Positions 30,489 to 39,821 of a stretch of 64,000 nucleotides of DNA are shown here, one piece after another; position 1 is the stretch's first letter; each line of letters starts with the position of its first letter. The notes below the pieces were generated by a model, which was given only the letters and a program-made list of their open reading frames with translations, searched no databases and was not told where the DNA came from. A program made the translations under genes and the position numbers. The stretch comes from a virus. The DNA is taken from the IMG/VR virus record IMGVR_UViG_3300050147_000079; one strand, written 5' to 3'.

Positions 30489-31906
30489 ATGACCACTTAC
30501 ACCGTACTCATTACCTCCGATAGCAACCAGTACGTACAGGCTGTCAATGCATCCGATTACTACATTGATCCTGCAGGAGAGCATCACCTCCGCATCACGT
30601 TCACTGTACAATGCGACAATGTGTGGAAGACAGTGCGCACAATGCTTGTTAGCAACCGCCACACCGTCGACATCTACTCAGCTAATGCATACTGATGTGA
30701 CATAACGAAAAGTGTGAACAGACCATAGCATGATTGGTAGTCTCGCAGGGGGCTACCAATTGTGTTTTCACTTTTCGTGATAATAATTGGTAGTTTTACT
30801 GGGGATATACGGAAGTGGTTGTTCAGCCCTCCCTCCGTCAGTGACCCCCAGCACTGTCCTGCGAGCAGTTTTCGCCACACTTCCTGCCGCTCTCTACTAC
30901 GCATTTGTCCACTAGTAAACATTGTGCTTTCTGCAGGGGAAACACCGTCATCCTGCCGGTATGTCTACTAGTAAACATTGGTGCTTCTTCGCTGCCCTCT
31001 GCTCTGCCTTATCGTCTCCAATTTGGCAGTCCCCCTTTCTACGGGTCCAGTTGTCTTCCCCTCACGTTTTTGCTACTATGGGTAGCCTACCTCCGCATCC
31101 GGGGGTTCCGGTACATCACTTAGGGCACCCCCTCCTGCACCTATCTTCCGATGTACCCCTACATACCATAAACCAAGAACAAAAAAGAGAGGTTAGTACT
31201 ATGGGTGAAGTTGTTAGCATGCTGAAAGCACACAAAGAAGTTGTTGAGCAACTACCTAAGTGTGAGATCCGTCGGCAGCAATTGTTTACGTCCGATGACA
31301 AGTCGGTTCGTCAGGTGGTTGTTGCTAAGCGAGGAAGTGAGCAGAAGGTCCGTATTGTCAAGATCGGTAGCGAGCAGCACGGAGGTCGTTTGCCTTCTCG
31401 TTGCTTTGTTGGTAGATCTGGCCGAGTGGAGCTTTTGTTCTATTGCATGCCAGGAAGTAGCAACGGATTGATTGGAGACCAGAACCTTTACGGGTTTGTT
31501 CTCCACGACGTTGACTTCTGTGAGGTTGTTTCGTATCCGCCTGACCTTCCTGTGTGGATTGATCAATGTATTGATTCGGTGGGGAAGTGCCACTACGTAT
31601 TCTTGTTCACAGAGCAGAACTGGAATACCGTTGTTGTTCGGGAGAGTGGCGATGCGGTACTTTGAGGACTTTGAGAGCTTCGATAAGGCATGCACAGAGC
31701 CGGCGAAGCATTTGGTAGTTACAGTCCGGGCGGGAGAGGTGACATGGAGTGCAACCGCTCCCGTTGCAGCTCTTGCTGCAATTCAGCAGAACATTGCTGA
31801 TGCGGAGTCGGTCGGTGAGTTCCAGCTGTGGTTGCGAGAGAAGGAGACGATTGTTGTCGTCCCCTACAACAAGATCACAAGTATCGAGCTGTCGCTTGTG
31901 CGGTAG
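30489..31906 (+). CDS. Plus-strand island of hypothetical proteins (30489-30695, 31201-31665, 31652-31906)
   Basis: Plus-strand promoter TTGCAG-18-TATGAT near 30357-30386; SD GAGAGG before ATG at 31201. Confidence 0.55.
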
Positions 31907-32462
31907 TGTTCAGTTGAGCGATTTGCTGCCGAGCTCGTGTGACATGATCAGCGAGTTTGGCGGCGCGCTCAACCAGTTCGATCATCTTCTGGATGTCGTT
32001 GAGTGCTTCAACCTCATGTTGCATGTTCTCGATTTCGGTAATGCTGAGGTTGACCAGATGTTGCAAATGCCAGGCAGCAATACTGCAGTTGGTGATCACT
32101 TGCCAGGGGAGGTTGCCTGCAGGGGTCCAGACGCGGACGAGCAGGAAGGCCATGACGGCGGAGTATGCGGTGGCGACGACGTGGTTGTTGTCGATTTCTT
32201 CCATCATTGCGATTGCGATCACGCTGGCAATGATTGCAGCCCCAGCAAAGAGGAACCACGTGGGCAGCTTCGAAGCGGTTTCTGCGGTGCGCGCGGTGAT
32301 GATCTTCAGGGCTTCGGTGCTGCCGTCCAGCTTGATCTGGTCAGAGCCTTGCAGCAGCACCTTTGTCTTGGCGACTTGTTGGCTGAGGATGATTGCATGG
32401 ATCAGCGGCACACCGATCGTGCCGACGAGAGCGCCACCAACCAAAAACTTCAGCATTTCCAT
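31875..32462 (-). CDS. Hypothetical membrane protein
   Basis: Several hydrophobic segments; hairpin promoter at 32481-32526. Confidence 0.55.
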   Translation of the reverse strand: MEMLKFLVGGALVGTIGVPLIHAIILSQQVAKTKVLLQGSDQIKLDGSTEALKIITARTAETASKLPTWFLFAGAAIIASVIAIAMMEEIDNNHVVATAYSAVMAFLLVRVWTPAGNLPWQVITNCSIAAWHLQHLVNLSITEIENMQHEVEALNDIQKMIELVERAAKLADHVTRARQQIAQLNTTAQATARYL

Positions 32463-32522
32463 GATGTGATCCCTTTATAGTTTGCGGATGAAGCGTAGTA
32501 TATCCGCAAAACGTATTAGACG

Positions 32523-32738
32523 TCAACCGGGGACCACTTCCGTAATCCATTCGCCCTTGACAGTGACTCCAGCATCAGACAGGTAGTACCAATGACCGCT
32601 GTTGTTGCTTATCACTTTGCCGATCCGGCCAAATACGGGGATCAGTTTTGCAGCTTTACATGGGCAACTTGGCCGGTTTGCACGAACAAGTTGCCCAACA
32701 GATAGAGGATGATTGATTGGCTGTGTTATCATAGCCAC
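32523..32738 (-). CDS. Small hypothetical protein (SH3/KOW-like size), probably late
   Basis: TAAATA immediately upstream (plus 32739-32744). Confidence 0.5.
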   Translation of the reverse strand: MAMITQPINHPLSVGQLVRANRPSCPCKAAKLIPVFGRIGKVISNNSGHWYYLSDAGVTVKGEWITEVVPG

Positions 32739-32741
32739 TAT

Positions 32742-33578
32742 TTATCCCATCTTCTGCAGCTGATCAAAAGGAATTGTTGACATCGTCTTCCACAGCATGT
32801 TGTACGCATACACCTGCTTTGTTGTTGGGCAGGCGAGAACGAGCTGGTTTGCCTCGCTCTTGTTTGCACTTGTGTGGTGATAGACAGCGCCGTTGTCGAG
32901 GTACATTTGCTGTTGACACTGCACTGGGTACCGAACAGGAGTATGGCCGCAGAACGTCAGAGACATTTTGTCGAGATCGTGCCACAATTCATCAGGACGA
33001 ACGTCTTCAATCTTTTCACGGCCGTTGCTAATCAGAGTGCGTCCCCATAGCATTTGGTTGACATCATAGTCTGAGTAGGCACCGTGGCTGATCATTGTGT
33101 CCGTCATCTTGATCTTTCGACCAGTTTGGAAGTTCACAGAGGCGAATTCAGCATGAACGATGTTGAAGCGATCGGTCCCCTCACCGACAACGATCACGAT
33201 TGGTAGGTGATCGAGCTCATAAGCCAGTGACTTCATGGCGCTGGGATCTTCGTTATAGTACCACAATCCGCCATTTATCATCCACATCTGTGGATCCTGG
33301 TCATGCAGAAGGCAATCAATCATCATCTGTTCGTGGTTGCCGCGAACAGAATAGAACCACGTCTGATAGATCAGCTGAGCACATTCCTTGCTATAAGGGC
33401 CGCGATCAATCAAGTCACCAACCGCAAACAGCCGGTCGATTTCCTCATTGAAATCAACGGCCTTGAGAGCAATTAGCAGATCCTCCAGGCACCCATGTAA
33501 GTCACCGACAACAAAGTCGCGGCCTTCAGTGTTTGCGGGGAGGTGTTGTACCTTTAATTTTGTTGTTTGCAGGGGCAT
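32742..33578 (-). CDS. Metallophosphoesterase, lambda-type Ser/Thr protein phosphatase family
   Basis: VVGDLHG, VGDLIDRGP, VRGNHE and GHTP motifs. Confidence 0.9.
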   Translation of the reverse strand: MPLQTTKLKVQHLPANTEGRDFVVGDLHGCLEDLLIALKAVDFNEEIDRLFAVGDLIDRGPYSKECAQLIYQTWFYSVRGNHEQMMIDCLLHDQDPQMWMINGGLWYYNEDPSAMKSLAYELDHLPIVIVVGEGTDRFNIVHAEFASVNFQTGRKIKMTDTMISHGAYSDYDVNQMLWGRTLISNGREKIEDVRPDELWHDLDKMSLTFCGHTPVRYPVQCQQQMYLDNGAVYHHTSANKSEANQLVLACPTTKQVYAYNMLWKTMSTIPFDQLQKMG

Positions 33579-33632
33579 TTTGCCACCTCTTTCGTAAATA
33601 GGGGAGCTTGTTAGCTTCCCAATAACACAAAT

Positions 33633-34505
33633 ATGTCATTAATATCGTTTATTTCCAAAGTCGCCGTTGCATGTCTGTGTATTGCCACTACTGCAGCAGC
33701 CAGTGGTGTTGGATCGGTGCAGGCTCGACCAAAGTACACGATTTTTACTGGTTCACTGAAAAATACAAATACGCGCATCGGTGAGGATATCCAAAGGGCA
33801 TGTTCACACCTAGATATTCAAATTATACCGACTCAGGGCTCTTTTGACAACATCACGCAATTGGTTCAACCCCCAGTGTTATTGACTGGGTATCGTTTTG
33901 CCTTTGTGCAAAACGATACAATGGCATATGCTTTTAAGGGCAGAGGACTAGCAGGGTTAGTGCAAACAGTTGCGCCGTTGTATCACGACGATGTGTACTT
34001 GCTGGTCAATAAACGATCAAACATTCGTTCTCTAAAAGACCTTAAGGGTAAACGTATTTCAATTGGCGTGCCAGGTGCAGGTGTGTGGCACACCGCACAC
34101 CGAATTGATACGCTGATCAACGCTAGGTGGCTAAGTGTTGAGCGACCCACAGAAGAATCAATTATAGCTGTTCTGGCCGGAAATATTGACGGCGTGGTGA
34201 TTGTTGGTGGTGCCCCCATACCCATACTCACCGAACTTGGGACGGTTGTGAAACAATACGCAGAGCTGCTCCCACTTAACGACAAACGCTTAGACACAGA
34301 ATATCAATCTGCTACAATCTCCGCTGGTACGTACCCATGGTTGGAACAGCACATCATAATCAGAAATGTACAATCCTCCATCATCGCTGCCGGCGATGTT
34401 CCCAAACCAGCAGTAGACAGTCTCTTAACATGCGTGCAATCGAATCAAAAGACTCTACAACAGTGGGGCCATCCGAAGTGGGCAGAGGTGACTCTCAACA
34501 AGTGA
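33633..34505 (+). CDS. TAXI-family TRAP-transporter solute-binding protein
   Basis: Signal peptide; TxGSxDN, FAFVQND, LYHDDVYLLV, LKDLKGKRISIGVPGAG and ISAGTYP motifs. Confidence 0.8.
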   Translation: MSLISFISKVAVACLCIATTAAASGVGSVQARPKYTIFTGSLKNTNTRIGEDIQRACSHLDIQIIPTQGSFDNITQLVQPPVLLTGYRFAFVQNDTMAYAFKGRGLAGLVQTVAPLYHDDVYLLVNKRSNIRSLKDLKGKRISIGVPGAGVWHTAHRIDTLINARWLSVERPTEESIIAVLAGNIDGVVIVGGAPIPILTELGTVVKQYAELLPLNDKRLDTEYQSATISAGTYPWLEQHIIIRNVQSSIIAAGDVPKPAVDSLLTCVQSNQKTLQQWGHPKWAEVTLNK

Positions 34506-34515
34506 AGTACCTCCA

Positions 34516-35253
34516 ATGTTTCATCCCAACAAAACCCTTATTGCTGACGATACTGAACCAACTAAAGGAAGCGTTCCGAACGAACCAAAATCTTTACTTG
34601 ATTGGTTTGAATATCTTCAATACATTACGGACAAATTGACTCTGCAACGCATGCTAACAGTTGTGTTGTTTGGTGTTCTATTGTCTGTTGCGTTAGTCGC
34701 GTTTGAAAACCGAGATCGGTTGTTTGACGCTGCTATTAGTACCATCTCACAGCCAGACGAAATCGCACCATGGTCCGTGTCTGCTGAGTCTAAAAAGACT
34801 ATCAATGATTTCATTCGCCAGAACAATCTGGTTGGTATAGCCATAGTGTCTGAAGTTGATCTCAAGCGGAACAAGAAAACCCCCAGGTACTGGTACATTG
34901 ACGACGAAACAACATCGTCTGAAATCTCGCAACAATTGTCATCCGTTCTCCCGCAGGCCATGTTTGACTATGACCCAAAAAACACACAACAGATGGTTGC
35001 CGTACTAAACAACGAGTTTGATTGTACAAGGTATCAAGACACTTTGTACAATCGTCTTTTTCCGTCATTAAGTGAGAAATATCCGGTTGTTTGTCGGATT
35101 GCTATTCCGCCGTTTTACGGACGGTTTGTTGGTATGTTGACGTTCGGGCTTACCACCAATCCAACCAAATCTGAAGTCGATGCTTTAAGAATCGAAGCGT
35201 CACGCATTGCTGTGGAAATGTATCTGCGTGATGTGTTGCATAAAACTAAATGA
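34516..35253 (+). CDS. Putative class III holin-like protein (single N-terminal TMD plus large soluble domain), paralog 1
   Basis: One hydrophobic helix, then NEFxC..CxxxxPPxYGxFxG; topology like T4 T and T5 holins (inference). Confidence 0.5.
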   Translation: MFHPNKTLIADDTEPTKGSVPNEPKSLLDWFEYLQYITDKLTLQRMLTVVLFGVLLSVALVAFENRDRLFDAAISTISQPDEIAPWSVSAESKKTINDFIRQNNLVGIAIVSEVDLKRNKKTPRYWYIDDETTSSEISQQLSSVLPQAMFDYDPKNTQQMVAVLNNEFDCTRYQDTLYNRLFPSLSEKYPVVCRIAIPPFYGRFVGMLTFGLTTNPTKSEVDALRIEASRIAVEMYLRDVLHKTK

Positions 35254-35939
35254 GGAATTGTATGGAATTGTCGAAGATTACCACCATTGTACCAAAGCTG
35301 CTTGACTGGGTTAGCTTCAAAAGAGTGGTTACAGTCTTTTCCGCTGCTGTGCTTGGCACTGCGGGGATTACGTTATTTGAGCACCGGAGCACTGTGTTCG
35401 AACTATTCGTTAAAACAGACGCTGGCCCAGTTGTGTCAGCGGTAACTGTTTCTGATAAGATGAAGCAGCGAATAAAAGAAATGACTGACCAATCCACAGA
35501 TATTGTAGTAACGGGTGTAATTTCTGCTGATCTTCGGACGAATCAGCGGTTTCCTGTGTTCTACTACAGCAAGACTCCCGCCGTTACCCAGTTGTTAGAG
35601 GAAGTTCGAAAACAACTTGGGTCTTCACAAACAATCTTCTCCAGCAATGTTGCGAACAACGCAAGAATGGTAAGCGTGATCAACGGCGAGTTTGGGTGTG
35701 GTGCTATGTCAGACACGTTAATGGCTCGAGTTGTTCCAGCCCTGACGTCTCATTTGAAAACGTTCTGCCTAGTTGGATTACCTCCATATTACGGTGACTT
35801 CCGCGGATACGTGATTATATTTACCGACAAACAGCTCTCCACTGAAATGACAGATGCTGTTCGTTTGGAAACGGTTAAACTAGCTAATGACGTGTACCAA
35901 GAACAGCTGAATAAGTCTGTCGGTCCGGTTAAGCAGTAA
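35250..35939 (+). CDS. Putative class III holin-like protein, paralog 2
   Basis: MVSVINGEFGC..FCLVGLPPYYGDFRG aligns with paralog 1. Confidence 0.5.
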   Translation: MRNCMELSKITTIVPKLLDWVSFKRVVTVFSAAVLGTAGITLFEHRSTVFELFVKTDAGPVVSAVTVSDKMKQRIKEMTDQSTDIVVTGVISADLRTNQRFPVFYYSKTPAVTQLLEEVRKQLGSSQTIFSSNVANNARMVSVINGEFGCGAMSDTLMARVVPALTSHLKTFCLVGLPPYYGDFRGYVIIFTDKQLSTEMTDAVRLETVKLANDVYQEQLNKSVGPVKQ

Positions 35940-35967
35940 ATACGAAACCACCGGGAGGAGAGACGTC

Positions 35968-36141
35968 ATGGCTATTGGTGTTTCACTCGCTGTTCTTTGG
36001 GGAGCCATGATTGTATGGCTCCTGTTATTGATAACTGGACGAATTGCTATTTGTAACCACGAGCGTCACATCAAACATTGCGAAGAGTGTGGTGCTGCGA
36101 TCAAAGATCAGCAAACAAGGAAACCCGGGATTGGCGTGTAA
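35968..36141 (+). CDS. Small (57 aa) membrane protein
   Basis: SD GGAGGAG; N-terminal hydrophobic helix; read manually. Confidence 0.5.
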   Translation: MAIGVSLAVLWGAMIVWLLLLITGRIAICNHERHIKHCEECGAAIKDQQTRKPGIGV

Positions 36142-36154
36142 TCCCGGGTTTCCT
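36118..36154. terminator. Perfect 15-bp hairpin at a convergence point
   Basis: AGGAAACCCGGGATT / AATCCCGGGTTTCCT with 7-nt loop; T-rich tail on the minus strand. Confidence 0.7.
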
Positions 36155-36680
36155 ATCAAAAGTCGCGCTCCAGCCTGCGAGTGCTCTCCAGCACTAAGGT
36201 CGGACAAGTGCCGTCCAGATTTAGTCCGTCTCGCATGCATGGGCATTCACGCAGCGTCTAGAGAGTTTTGGCTTGCCCTTAACACCACAACAAGAGCTCA
36301 CAACTGTTGTGTATTGGACCTCCGTGATTTCAAGATTTCACGGCTACCTATGGATACTGGTGTGTGTTGTGGCCTGGTGCGACCAGATTCTTAAACGTCC
36401 ACCGACGCGGGATATACCGCTCAGCAATACGGACGGGGGCGATCCGTCAATTCACCACTACCACACTCTAACGCGATTGGTATCGTTATTGCTTTTACCG
36501 TTAAGCTACCTGCCAGCACTCTTCGTTATGGCCATTGGACGGATTTCGAGCCCGTATCAAACGGTACCTACACGCTTTCTCCACTTTTGATGATCTGCTT
36601 AGAATCCAAACTCCACAACCAGTCATAACTCTGGTTGCTTCTACGCCCGGAAGCGTCTTTCGACGTCAGCAAATCAACAA
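36118..36680 (-). ncRNA. Candidate large (about 560 nt) structured ncRNA
   Basis: Own promoter (TTGAAT-16-TATAGT, 36688-36715) and terminal hairpin; 9-bp long-range pair 36155-36163 / 36583-36591; many short stems; no convincing ORF. Confidence 0.45.
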
Positions 36681-36707
36681 CAACTCCACTATAATCTCTT
36701 CCCCTAT

Positions 36708-37630
36708 TTAATTCAACGGGTCAGATCCGGCTCGGACGATGAACGGCTGTAGTGACACACACTCAAGATGTTCAAAATAGCCATACGCCGGATTATTCAG
36801 CTGAATGGTTCGCCCATCGTCAGAAGTGAAGGAGAATGTGTGTGAGCCATTATTATGACGGCAAGCAGTCTCAATGCTTTGCCTAGCGGCCATGCCGAGC
36901 TCGATGTCTCGGAACACCCACATCACCTCTCCTTTGCCGTACGCACGGCCAAACGAGTCACCGTCAGACCACTCCATTGACAACACATGAACGATTTCTC
37001 CGGGCTGGACATCGATGCCAAGCGCAAATTGTTCATTGATTTTGGGAGTATAACCAGCAACAACCCCAGTCACGCTAAATTGGTAGCGTGTCTCCCAATC
37101 ACCAAACCGGTTGCCGGAGTGGTAATCGTGGGTGCAATACTGCGTATATTCAACGCTCAGCATTCTCGGTCCTTAGTAATATGCAGGTTGCCAGTACAGC
37201 TTGGGTCCGTAAGCGCCACCGTACAGGTCAGACGCAAAGAACTGGACTTCCGCACCAGTTTCTGTATGCTTACCCATCACCTGCCAGCCAACCATTGTGT
37301 CGTCGTCAATTCGACTGGCGTTTTCGAGGGCGATGTACTCATCGTTGGCGCCGTACTCACATTCGTAGAATGTGTCGCCTTCCTTGATGTCTTTGATAGC
37401 CAAGGTCATAGTTACTTCCTCAGATCAGCCACAGCTTGCCACAGTAACGCACCAACAGCAGGGTCGTAGCGGGTGAAGCGAGTGGCTAGGCCCTCGAAGG
37501 CGTTGGCTAGCTTGATGCACAGTTCATTGCGCACGGAAGCCTCAACCTCTGTAGCTAGCGGTAACAGATCGGCTGCGTTACCAACCGTACCAGTCTGTCG
37601 CATTAGTCGTTCGAGTTGATGAATGTCCAT
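36708..37630 (-). CDS. Three hypothetical proteins (36708-37163, 37173-37409, 37412-37630)
   Basis: Tightly coupled ORFs. Confidence 0.6.
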
Positions 37631-37646
37631 TGTGGATCTCCCTGTA

Positions 37647-37670
37647 CAGGAGGGCCCGAAGGCCCTCCTG
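37647..37670 (-). terminator. Hairpin with UUCG tetraloop
   Basis: 10-bp stem CAGGAGGGCC / GGCCCTCCTG just downstream of the AAA gene. Confidence 0.6.
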
Positions 37671-37674
37671 ATTA

Positions 37675-38757
37675 TCAGAACGCGTAGTCCAGGTCGCGGT
37701 AGCTGAATTCCTTCACCTTGCGGCGAGTGAACACAGCCACGTCACCGCGTTCGTTGACGAATTCGTACGTGCCAGCGTCAGCGTCGATCTTCTTCAGATC
37801 GGTCAGCTTGAATTCAGCGTGCTTCTCTTCGTCGTCCACATCCGGATCCGGATTGGAGATGTAATGAGTCAGGCTGAAGGTCGGCTGACGATGGGTCAGC
37901 GGGCTGGAATCCCAGTGGTCCGGGTAGAACGACTCGATGTCCTTGCCTTCGTGCTTCAGCTTGATGTCGTACGTACCGCCGTCACGGTTGGTCGGCTTGG
38001 CGTTCAGCATCTCCAGAGCGGTGTACGGATCCTCACCGTAGCGGTTCAGTTCCTCCACCAGCGCCTTCAGCATGTCGAAGTTAAACTGTTCAAACAGCAT
38101 CGCAACGCGGGTGATCGCGGTGATGTGGTCCTTGTTGTTGAGCGTGTCGTTGCAGTACTCGACGATGAAGTCGGTCGACAGGCCATAGAAGTCCAGCATG
38201 TAGAAGATGCGGCCAGGGCGGTTGCGCATGTGCTGGTTGACCTTGTACTTGTCGTTCACGGTGAACAGGAACAGCTTCTTGCTGGTGAACGTGCCGTCCA
38301 GCAGCGTCAGCACAGCCTCTTGGTCGTCGTTGTCGTACACCTTTTCGAACTCGTCCAGGAACACGACGCACGGCTGGTCGATCGACTGCAGCAGGGCGTT
38401 GAACGCATCGCCGGTCCACGGGCCGTTGATGATGATGGTCGGCATGCCGATCTTTTCAGCTTCCAGGCTGATCACGCGAGCCAGTTGGGTCTTGCCACTG
38501 CCCTTCTCGCCGTTCAGCAGCACGCCAGTGGTGCCAGGACGATCGTCGAACGTGTTCATGATCCGCTGTGCGCGAGCCATCACATTGCCGTACAGCTTGC
38601 CGGGTTGCTTGAACGAGTCGACTCGTTGCAGGAACAGCTGACCAGTCATCGGGTTCTTGCCGATGGTGTAGTTGCCAGCAGGCAGGCGATCCAGCAGATT
38701 CTCTGGAGATTGCGACGAAACGTAGAAATTCTCATTGTCGCGCACGAACTTGGTCAT
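37675..38757 (-). CDS. AAA+ ATPase
   Basis: Walker A GEKGSGKT, Walker B VVFLDEFEK and RPGRI arginine-finger motif. Confidence 0.9.
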   Translation of the reverse strand: MTKFVRDNENFYVSSQSPENLLDRLPAGNYTIGKNPMTGQLFLQRVDSFKQPGKLYGNVMARAQRIMNTFDDRPGTTGVLLNGEKGSGKTQLARVISLEAEKIGMPTIIINGPWTGDAFNALLQSIDQPCVVFLDEFEKVYDNDDQEAVLTLLDGTFTSKKLFLFTVNDKYKVNQHMRNRPGRIFYMLDFYGLSTDFIVEYCNDTLNNKDHITAITRVAMLFEQFNFDMLKALVEELNRYGEDPYTALEMLNAKPTNRDGGTYDIKLKHEGKDIESFYPDHWDSSPLTHRQPTFSLTHYISNPDPDVDDEEKHAEFKLTDLKKIDADAGTYEFVNERGDVAVFTRRKVKEFSYRDLDYAF

Positions 38758-38852
38758 TGCAATCCTTTGTCTAGTTGCGGATCAACCGCGGGATGGGTCG
38801 TTAGAAATCAATACGGTGACGATATCTCATCACCGGTTGATCGTCAACAGGG

Positions 38853-39752
38853 TTAAAAGTCGACGAATTGGTTGTCCGGCTCGATGAAAATCTCTGTGAA
38901 CTGAGGCAGTTCAGTGATGATTTGGCGTTCGAGCTCATTGATGTCAGCCAGCAGTTGTTCGACGTGGTCACGTTCTCGCATTCGAACGCGCAACAACAGA
39001 ACAGCATCGCGACCCATTTGCATTGTGATCATCTGATAGGTATGCTCAATCAGATCACTGTCCACCAACAGCTGGCGAAGCGTTCGGCGAGTTTGAGGAT
39101 CGACACTTTGGCCGATCAACAACGCCTTCGTTTCCATGAACAGGAAACCTGCAACAACCATCAGGAGAACACCAACAACAACGGAGCCGAGTGCATCCCA
39201 CCAAGGGTTCCCGGTTGCAGCCGCAATCAGCAGGAACACAGCAGCAAGACCAAGGCCAATCAGAGCTGCCAGGTCTTCACCGAAGATGATCAACAGTTCA
39301 GGCTCACGCGTTTCTCGGAAACACCACCACAGCGACTTGCCAGGATGTCGCTCACGAATCTCTGCAACGCAGATGCGGAATGAGCGCAGCTCCATCACAA
39401 AGCCGAATGCCAGGATCGCCACCGCCCAACCCACGAACTTCAGAGGTTCGGGGTGCGCCATCTTGTGCAGTCCCTCATATGCTGAGTACACGCCACCAAG
39501 CGTGAACAGCACGAGAGCCACGATGAATGACCAGAAGTAGGCATTTTTGCCGTAACCAAGTGGGTGATTGGTGTCAGCATCGCGGTCAGACGACTTGAAG
39601 CCCCACATCAGCAACAGTTGGTTGCCACAGTCAGCAGCACTGTGAATGGCTTCAGCGGCCATTGACGCAGAACCAGTGAAGAACGCCCCGATCGTTTTGG
39701 CAACTGCAATCGAAGCATTGGCAGTTAGGGCAGCCTTGATAGAAGAACTCAT
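38853..39752 (-). CDS. Cation diffusion facilitator (CDF) family metal transporter
   Basis: Six hydrophobic helices; AEAIHSAADC and HPLGYGK motifs; cytoplasmic C-terminal domain ending IFIEPD. Confidence 0.9.
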   Translation of the reverse strand: MSSSIKAALTANASIAVAKTIGAFFTGSASMAAEAIHSAADCGNQLLLMWGFKSSDRDADTNHPLGYGKNAYFWSFIVALVLFTLGGVYSAYEGLHKMAHPEPLKFVGWAVAILAFGFVMELRSFRICVAEIRERHPGKSLWWCFRETREPELLIIFGEDLAALIGLGLAAVFLLIAAATGNPWWDALGSVVVGVLLMVVAGFLFMETKALLIGQSVDPQTRRTLRQLLVDSDLIEHTYQMITMQMGRDAVLLLRVRMRERDHVEQLLADINELERQIITELPQFTEIFIEPDNQFVDF

Positions 39753-39781
39753 ACAGCCTTTGTAGTAATGAACATGCGGTG

Positions 39782-39820
39782 ATTATAAACGAAAAAGGGG
39801 TGTTGATCAACACCCCTTTT
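39782..39820 (-). promoter_or_regulatory. Perfect 28-bp palindrome acting as a terminator and carrying the -35 of the CDF promoter
   Basis: AAAAGGGGTGTTGATCAACACCCCTTTT; TTGATC-17-TATAAT. Confidence 0.7.
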
Positions 39821-39821
39821 T

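Noticed and set aside
36118-36680. tmRNA or RNase P RNA identity for the large non-coding segment
   Set aside because: It has no GGGGC..CTCCACCA tRNA-like ends or tag frame, and no GAGGAAAGUCC or ACAGAA.CCGGCUUA P4 motifs.
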